Assembly: GCA_016196885.1 (NCBI GenBank)
Contig: JACPWU010000003.1
Coordinates: forward strand, 30,001-62,000
Length of the DNA: 32,000 nt
Reading direction: 5' to 3'
Origin: Chlamydiota bacterium
Lineage (GTDB): Bacteria; Auribacterota; JACPWU01
The notes under the pieces are model-generated. The model saw nothing but the letters and a program-made list of their open reading frames with translations. It had not been told where the DNA came from and did not search any database. Position 1 is the first letter of the stretch. Each line of letters begins with the position of its first letter. This document shows, one piece after another, positions 29,901-32,000 of this stretch. A program made the position numbers and the translations under genes.

Positions 29901-32000
29901 TCAATTGGAGCAAGGCGTCAATCGATTTCTGGATCGTGTAAAGACTGAATGGAAAAAGGCAGAGATTTCCTCCGATAAACTTTTCTGGCAGAGAATGAAT
30001 CGCCAGGATGTGGCGTTGGCTTTTGTCATCACATTGAGACGGCAGGGATTGTCCACAGAAAATGCCTTTGCGCATCTTCAAGATCTTCAACGAGCCGTGG
30101 AACGGAGTCAATCTAGTTTAAACTATTTAGAATCATTGCTAGGTTCTGAGACTTCAAATCAGGTACGTGAAGCGGTTGAACGAGGAGATCGACAGGCTTT
30201 ACTTCTCTTGAAAAGAGAGATTATGGATGGATCGAAGGTTTGTATTGATCCTAATGTCGATCGATATTTAATATCCCTTCTGCAGTTTATTTCAAGTGAG
30301 GGTGCTGTCCATATGGACCTCATGCTAGATAAGATGGCCGAAGTGCTCAAGGCCCATCGTAAATCTCATCTTTCTTTACAGACCGATCTTGTCCCAGGTC
30401 TTCAGATTTGGCAGGCAGAAATGTCGGTTTATGGCTGGGGGGAACTTGAGAAGGTTTTTGGGAAAGACATCCTTCAACAAATTCAAGAGGCTGTGAGGCT
30501 TGACAAGCCAGAAGATGTTGCGAAAATTACACTTTCTCCTGACATTCGTCACCGGGCCGAAGAGGCCATGGTGGGATCCAGCCGAGGAAGGCCGGTGGAG
30601 CAATATATTCGATATGTCCTTCTGATTTTAGAAATCGAGAAGGCTCCCTTGACACTCCCCTTTCATGAAGTGACTTTTTTTGGAGAAGATTTTTTTAAGC
30701 GAGGCGCCTCTCCTACTTTCATTTTGGATTATTTTAAGGCCAGAACTTACCTAAGATCCAGTTATTCTCTTTATCATCGTGCCGCGGGCAATTTTGAAAG
30801 TTTGGAGCCGTTTATTGAGGAAGTGGATCGCGAGAATAAAACGATCATGGGTTCACAGAAAGAGAGAAGGCTTTTTGTCCAACCTCTAACCCCCCCCGAG
30901 AAATTGTCACCGGGGGAAGAGGGGTCCTATCTTTATCGCTTCGAAATGGGACTCGATTCCTATTTTGACATGGGTAATCATGATATTCAGATGTCGGCCT
31001 TGATTGTTCGCGGCGAACGAGAGATGTTATGGAAATTTGAAGAAATGAGGGTGAAGCATATTCCTGAGCTTAGGGAACAGTTGGCTGAGGCAAGAGAGCG
31101 CGGAGATGAAAAATTAATCGAGCAACTCGAAAAGGCTTTAGAGAAATGGAAAGAGGCTCGGATCGTGCCGTTTACTTATCGGGAAGTAAAAGAATTTCTC
31201 GAAGCAATTAAAAAGGGGGAAATGGATAAGCATGAGATTGATCTATTTTTTGAAACCGCTCTTTATTTTCAAACCAAACTTTTGGATTCGGGTCTCGTGA
31301 CGCTGGACTACTTTAATGGTGTGTCCTATTTAGTGAATCATTTTTGGAACGAACCCGGCCTTTTTGAGTGGCTGATGCAGTATCGTACGGAAACTAAAAT
31401 TGTTGAATTGTGGACCCAAGAGCCTGACAAAAAGGATTTGGGGCCGGAGGGAAACCGCTGGAAAATCTATTCACTTTTGGGACGCATGATTGCTCAAGGA
31501 ACTCCGTCTAGCGAATTGGTTGAGCGCCTGGTGAATCTTGATTTAGAACTTTCAGGGAAAGGGGTTCCCAATGATCGGTCAAAAACTCGGATGAAAGAGG
31601 GCATTGAAGCATTTCAAATTTTGAGGGATGTGATGATAGAAATGTTGGGGCCGAGCCTTCATAATCAAGAAAAGAAGACGGCCTTTCGCCGTTTGATTGA
31701 GGAATTGCTTGAGAGCCCATCTTCTTTAGGTCCATCTTTAGAAAATTGGCTTTGGGGTGTTCTGGAAAGCCGTATTGGAATCACGGAGGCTCAAGATTGG
31801 AAATTAAATAAAGAACGACTCTCTCAAGTTAGAAAGGATGATGAAAAGACAAAGGCGGATACGGCTGATCGTGCAAATGCCATTATGAGAGAACGTCCCA
31901 ACCTTTTAATGAAGACAGATCTTAAAAAATCTGATTTGCGTCTTTTAGGAATGGATCCAAAAACGGCGGATGAGTTCTGGCAATATTTAACTCAATCAGG
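17950..32000 (+). CDS. 5' part (4683 codons, still open at the window end) of a giant secreted/envelope protein
   Basis: Hand translation of the frame starting at ATG 17950 (in-frame TAG at 17941-17943 just upstream) gives no stop up to base 31998. The track contains no ORF in this frame across these 14 kb, and fragments of 60 aa or more would be listed if stops existed. It contains only short antisense ORFs. N-terminus MINSSPKRTRGFHLGLKCVSTLTLMAFFFTSVCETSLFA|QE is signal-peptide-like. No clear SD was seen. Confidence 0.9.
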   Translation, partial: MINSSPKRTRGFHLGLKCVSTLTLMAFFFTSVCETSLFAQEGLKVGSWKLEGKENKSPQVFSSNLKPPTSNLLSSVSIPSVRGDVLQRFQGKDDRLVIQLQDVHCHFEAQSNSAKIIKGLMDEHGSHGLHMVAVEAAGEPVDTSLLTSFPDPKLRKMFADYLMKIGKISGAEYLSIIQDKPLPLEGIENMWNYFRHVVQFNQGQVVKEKAEPILNKIQKAILELRKKVYSAEMRKFLNQSEAYEKGDMELGEYIKQLKVESSKLKEKDKNSLSSSNIQLSTSNIPSSSSYPNISLMLQMKKLEDKIDLKQVEKERVKLLEDLSHKLVKEEMVELMTKSLYYRLEKMDAWEYYEYLKTVVSRESLGVRGQNSTLEKTYPNLMKYIEMTEIFHEIKSDELLKECEKISEEVQDKLLKTKEEKALRQIEKDFIILRNFFELEMKKSEFQYYVENKERVSAENIVEGLEKLEGQGSRVKGQDNSPRSPLNLRGEEKQKQEREQVESSSPILKAGEKQRQVTFSPLSLRGDGGVTNDDITFLDSHLKSLEQFYRYSDNREEAMVQNTLRKMKENKSPIAILYAGGFHTDGLSKRLEQEGVSYVVVAPRITQFKLKTPYLSIIKNEPSKLEKMLMDLNKKEGSNLAAILISMKPEELEKIISDFQLADTDLVTVWIRDTIRLLRTDRTMALLILKTLMLKDQLKNLSALAHVGDKIQDLEKSWLNEFKRLSGENNFNSEEVEVIEFKLDRDVVVNGNTITLQVLISGKQSLTVTLNVHEGIEQMMNRIEDAFKPVALIPPASGEKGEVKKSGVPPWVKAVFSFFLVFLTKSLSAAPSVFVKAPLFDPGMDLVALHSHFAIWGSMWTYAAVIAIPLGLVFMFWALGKIKSRWVEARIRAIVEEVEQPQLLSETISSGTVSSRVHLFDFEFASDIPQSERERASAFFQDVLGDELQMWERNLLRQYPVLDSRELRFHVRFVNETPSEKWALKMEEGGLVVNLGAFLSAKGAKANLRSYFERLKVERERDLSGRRDLIALPQQVLKGDGRLFVDYSSGIRKVLVSQENAGSLWRLAGQIKGHPQRVVPLLDQLESQAVTAVLYDREGQPFSLLIYVPGFTDQVYDCPLIRDRTRYDELLSVYRSLSSIPSVEMVRRNDVSVEDVKDLLGDRDHVEFFVRWASKAAEKKRPSFWNVLRALALWMTKGERERFDEMLEKYFGTSWLGRLMAMGFCLFIGTAFSAIIIGCLGSPTKADAAYFDVSSHGGTLSAEVQKAPSQKGGDVESEGDIQADIERLEKGIQALNEENASATSGSGAKEEKAPPVEEVKKTEGGKKKAEPEWTKKKREEYERDLAKEREAFKKKAGAPHSENLTLQPTENLTDLKGKIQAIEEQKRLEELTIDTLEYLSAQLRVETLNQQAASLEQEIVALKDQLNQEEKLSPTDKESLQKRLHGKEEKFQTCQQSLQELNAEINAMRHDSKIEEGFKEKSDEELEKAMKGHLKEYFILHVRLQRYQAMMQDLLGTKKRDSGVQAQSSSSAKVQLIPSSQDLKPAQGSSPQSLRESIKYFIERGVKHFDEMSQDDDALAQYLYDQYRLKGRGELKGEVRIGWQNYYSYGTAGSDSYEAQSEEDVVATLFFDKTIDNAKKEQMKSAFWRLEAQHRMQLQGQYDAWAGIYQLTGEVLKAKANIEVQKKFETEAKSLVDQMQERFLKPREMDEAQGGDPRIFQTRYLNRWHEAQASRIQAEEAYETACLRLKGLSGMAVDDEIQIPGSLEEWSVFDIESLFKEISEELKNEGVNAKFMDQSVQISTALVNEAAFWKKELDENDVSLEMKLGAGLQGRWNMDTSGGFEWPFNPFVSGEFELKISLLDCVAKAQGRVGEVINQMAVLRMDEAKKGLYFKYLNAQAELEAAQRILKVLEKVLEVELKEMSVEPPVLQSDLELEWDRIGVSRNLEIARNEALARIASARLKMTGYRAQIPPEELKKVDALVDFDQLFGPDFGALNVSAFLKALATEWVGGEVTDLTSVPWEKIFPSDMAERMKGIKDYDHDLRIDANQDLLKKIIEKMNELIQQEDFLFRHPSIGSLSFDGSAMQFLNILIQDGVLNAQDYHPKQDLTPEEKFQIYTLNRLVLEEKYPEVFKVQLSFPIAAQKAVQGSGALRGQELEEQAHTARGKVAFNSRIPVVQGGLNVNFNLGTYGDPIGYRFDQGQPFIGDNPHAHLTLTGGTSLWLAATGPLPIFGKTSEQRAHVKAEKGWIQAREEEITNQLMEGLYNVFKNVALAQSDLQRLQKELAELRAFKELLERKHTEVPLTEEQYLSQAQKVWLRIMEKRIEINRMESTLEGYRIDVLSRMGDEHLKGQFLDWPKEPSEQRARMIQMGKEVASGIIPQSNLNLETAQVNVAREVLGNTSAAPTITWTVGAAAGPSFPELFRAEDQNEAWRVLPFLAGWVGIHGTLPQPGLKKAQVNAAQQKVFEEEGELERLKQEQTAEELLDWREYTRLEVQVDEISELLAEAKSLYQDIQEDLKIPGQWGKQYQPENLLRVMNLISMVEEEWTRVEWSLNGFKHVNLRKLGVDESNFEERKAQALARLEKGEVPQTGVASSSSQNLAQARSQTTLNPQGPHSLIQVAQRAILYHPNVESAYLKVQALEAKKKEAQAHKWPAVTLSGGARSDSPKLANERYPSIYNSGYAGYEPGIEGQKPEWPPKVQASGSATGNVRFWDDSEVREVEAELGAARADLMQAVLNAFYESVLLYYDLVFEMEKAKAYSQDSEHKYALARSMWLRERLLLASQIDTHEVGIEALTSLLRLSPSGMGQAQNRARSLLMIDFDLVPSEGLPDISSLVAQMHSVLSTGTGSTEIENLLKELCARDPKSVIFQALGEKERAAGQAVRRDRLGTWQLVFDSPDWRKGQVEAMLTWTKVFLDGGKKESAIQLHKRLEKKAKREAKEYERQQLLDVAQAFKEVLSQAGLLEVELEKIKVSEKQVELLMERLDVPSNDQANPHDLKTHASDVQDSFSKLLEAWTILRDVQVSSQTAVAEMERRFWTLKKTLALAQAHGSPDPERKRYLDEVQAFLDSTHVAEVSATAPVQVEPATKLSTELREGLKAQKALDKKLEEGTEEPRVPVSRPVELPSRVGVQRNQVPAFKSLVPEPPLEYQARDETLPEAKKENHRAEPKPEEPPKPNVGEEEHTFLNPEGWVWRSMRWCRGWKIGRSILNWLGEDEVVATLERLHLLENGQQLLRRQREIEVDDASRIKELKKKGTQAQERKAREELREIRTRLEEEREQIFEEHYGLFLHTVDYTQAHHDKLEERTKTEPYILWRSFIDLPMFPTYPDPIELKNVPWIVQKMRNAMSAGHFSGIDPRIITENGLKWVFNTYGQIRGRSPQDMNDYFDAWTLLGSHIDQKLASLRKELGLENSDEREWNDWLNGTFFPNGFASTFSGLLGIERSSALTDQELGNPHAGIRRLGYFSALSSLAVKMRHENPKDSMETMIGKMVAPGGDLDHSFDWMKTRALHFGQGTLSLQSDEKFIKDDLHYQESIFVDEFSQLKERKFAQAVIDHTDAARILYSVMYSSDFGIVDKNGSGLEHADLETLRRKLSMSDDYESQSFVLSIASVAMAHHISPEKMLDLAGKARRVMGPEIANIYASRLTREAFLTEPYFAQDAGKLRHLVRAQKFHKEKAQALLAQGDTAMAAENEKMAKEYRERAQIEEQALKKRLVRSLLMYWTNWAVEFLLEREKDPKVDPIEELKKFFRLLPQYQAVMSNDPMGLYPDRSFDIMNPRDSGVLVYWTKIGAIRGMEAQELRTLHHRMVSIGSMDVFRRVLKLFDIHAGNELDPENRDQMGAAMMYAVRANKWNWGDSDVIRYLENVEWILKNQEMKLTMIEQWYLGGEVEKAERMAAFFWKDMSSLEEVLTARAGRPDQEWRVSNDQLRMLWTAGHEKAQDIDLKYGKDYKKALLYSMVSLVDEFMVRWGVDQVSLVQLEQGVNRFLDRVKTEWKKAEISSDKLFWQRMNRQDVALAFVITLRRQGLSTENAFAHLQDLQRAVERSQSSLNYLESLLGSETSNQVREAVERGDRQALLLLKREIMDGSKVCIDPNVDRYLISLLQFISSEGAVHMDLMLDKMAEVLKAHRKSHLSLQTDLVPGLQIWQAEMSVYGWGELEKVFGKDILQQIQEAVRLDKPEDVAKITLSPDIRHRAEEAMVGSSRGRPVEQYIRYVLLILEIEKAPLTLPFHEVTFFGEDFFKRGASPTFILDYFKARTYLRSSYSLYHRAAGNFESLEPFIEEVDRENKTIMGSQKERRLFVQPLTPPEKLSPGEEGSYLYRFEMGLDSYFDMGNHDIQMSALIVRGEREMLWKFEEMRVKHIPELREQLAEARERGDEKLIEQLEKALEKWKEARIVPFTYREVKEFLEAIKKGEMDKHEIDLFFETALYFQTKLLDSGLVTLDYFNGVSYLVNHFWNEPGLFEWLMQYRTETKIVELWTQEPDKKDLGPEGNRWKIYSLLGRMIAQGTPSSELVERLVNLDLELSGKGVPNDRSKTRMKEGIEAFQILRDVMIEMLGPSLHNQEKKTAFRRLIEELLESPSSLGPSLENWLWGVLESRIGITEAQDWKLNKERLSQVRKDDEKTKADTADRANAIMRERPNLLMKTDLKKSDLRLLGMDPKTADEFWQYLTQS
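18075..18162. repeat. Inverted pair of 4-unit heptamer arrays (gttgaaa, then gttggaa x3 / ttccaac ctcaaac ctcccac ttccaac) in frame inside the giant ORF
   Basis: Arrays at 18075-18102 and 18135-18162 are separated by 32 nt. Translated as LKVGSWKLEGKENKSPQVFSSNLKPPTSN. Confidence 0.85.
18717..18798. repeat. Second inverted pair of 4-unit heptamer arrays (gttaaaa gttgaaa gttcgaa gttgaaa / ttccaac atccaac tttcaac atccaac) in frame in the giant ORF
   Basis: Arrays at 18717-18744 and 18771-18798 are separated by 26 nt. Translated as LKVESSKLKEKDKNSLSSSNIQLSTSN. Confidence 0.85.
19021..19055. repeat. Five tandem heptamers (gtcgtga x2, gtcgtta, ggggtga, ggggtca) in frame in the giant ORF
   Basis: Read directly. 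Translated as VVSRESLGVRGQ. Confidence 0.85.
19353..19380. repeat. Heptamer array gggtcaa x3 plus gggtcag in frame in the giant ORF
   Basis: Read directly. Translated as (E)GQGSRVKGQ. Confidence 0.9.
19397..19525. repeat. Three short hairpin units of one family inside the giant ORF
   Basis: cccctcttaatttaagagggg (19397-19417) and ctccccttagtttaaggggag (19505-19525) are palindromic. cctcccctattttaaaagcggggg (about 19458-19481) is an imperfect palindrome. Translated as SPLNLRGE, SSPILKAGE and SPLSLRGD. Confidence 0.75.
22603..27120 (+). other. Six tandem TolC / outer-membrane-factor (OEP)-like repeats, equal to three TolC-protomer equivalents in one chain (domain of the giant ORF)
   Basis: The best unit is 25800-27120. 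It reads LIQVAQRAILYHPNVESAYLKVQALEAKKKEAQAHKWPAVTLSGG ... GNVRFWDDSEVREVEAELGAARADLMQAVLNAFYESVLLYYDLV. It then reads LLKELCARDPKSVIFQALGEKERAAGQAVRRDRLGTWQLVF ... MLTWTKVFLDGGKKESAIQLHKRLEKKAKREAKEYERQQLLDVAQAF. Four earlier units show the same helix, strand, strand, long-helix, helix pattern, starting near 22603, 23272, 24375 and 25020. Confidence 0.5.

Noticed and set aside
18548-31735. About 40 short minus-strand ORFs and three + strand ORFs in another frame (25943-26125, 27770-27967, 29735-29941)
   Set aside because: All are 139 aa or shorter and low in complexity. They lie within the uninterrupted 4683-codon frame, so they are shadow ORFs of the giant gene.
1-32000. tRNA, rRNA or other structured RNA genes
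   Set aside because: I saw no cloverleaf-compatible segments or rRNA-like conserved stretches in the short intergenic regions. The structured sequences present are explained by repeat families. A covariance-model scan was not possible.

Overview
All large genes in this window are on the + strand, and I recognised no rRNA, tRNA, CRISPR array, transposase or integrase. The window has four parts.

1. **2-4435:** the 3' 1477 codons of a very large multidomain ORF. It carries an HExxH motif, one hydrophobic helix, a uridine-kinase/PRK-like P-loop module and an LMW-PTP-like CX5R module.
2. **About 4.45-8.25 kb:** a toxin-antitoxin island with five type II pairs.
   - The pairs are RHH plus a decayed MazF, Phd/YefM-VapC, MNT-HEPN, RHH-PIN and RelE/HigB-like plus an XRE antitoxin.
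   - The first four lie between two near-identical ~170-180 bp inverted repeats.
   - The right repeat copy is itself bracketed by a perfect 29-bp direct repeat.
3. **8738-17803:** four co-directional secreted-protein genes.
   - Two are acidic paralogues, one is a two-domain PapD-like protein, and one is a 1624-aa glycan-hydrolase/lectin-type protein.
   - The C-terminus of the 1624-aa protein carries the same module and terminal-strand motif as the two small paralogues.
   - I read this as a candidate new surface-fibre/adhesin system.
4. **17950 to the window end:** an uninterrupted reading frame of 4683 codons that is absent from the supplied ORF track, apparently because the track lists only ORFs closed by a stop codon.
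   - By eye it encodes a signal peptide, a ChaN/TraB/Tiki-like domain, hydrophobic helices, a coiled coil and six tandem TolC/OMF-like repeats. Six repeats equal three TolC protomers in one chain.
   - These are followed by more than 1600 aa of helical sequence with no recognisable domain.

Intergenic spaces are filled with several families of short palindromic, MITE-like units and 7-8 nt tandem arrays. Some of these sit in frame inside the giant ORF. The overall style suggests an uncultivated lineage with giant genes (Omnitrophota-like is only a guess). All family assignments come from motif reading by eye. No searches were run.
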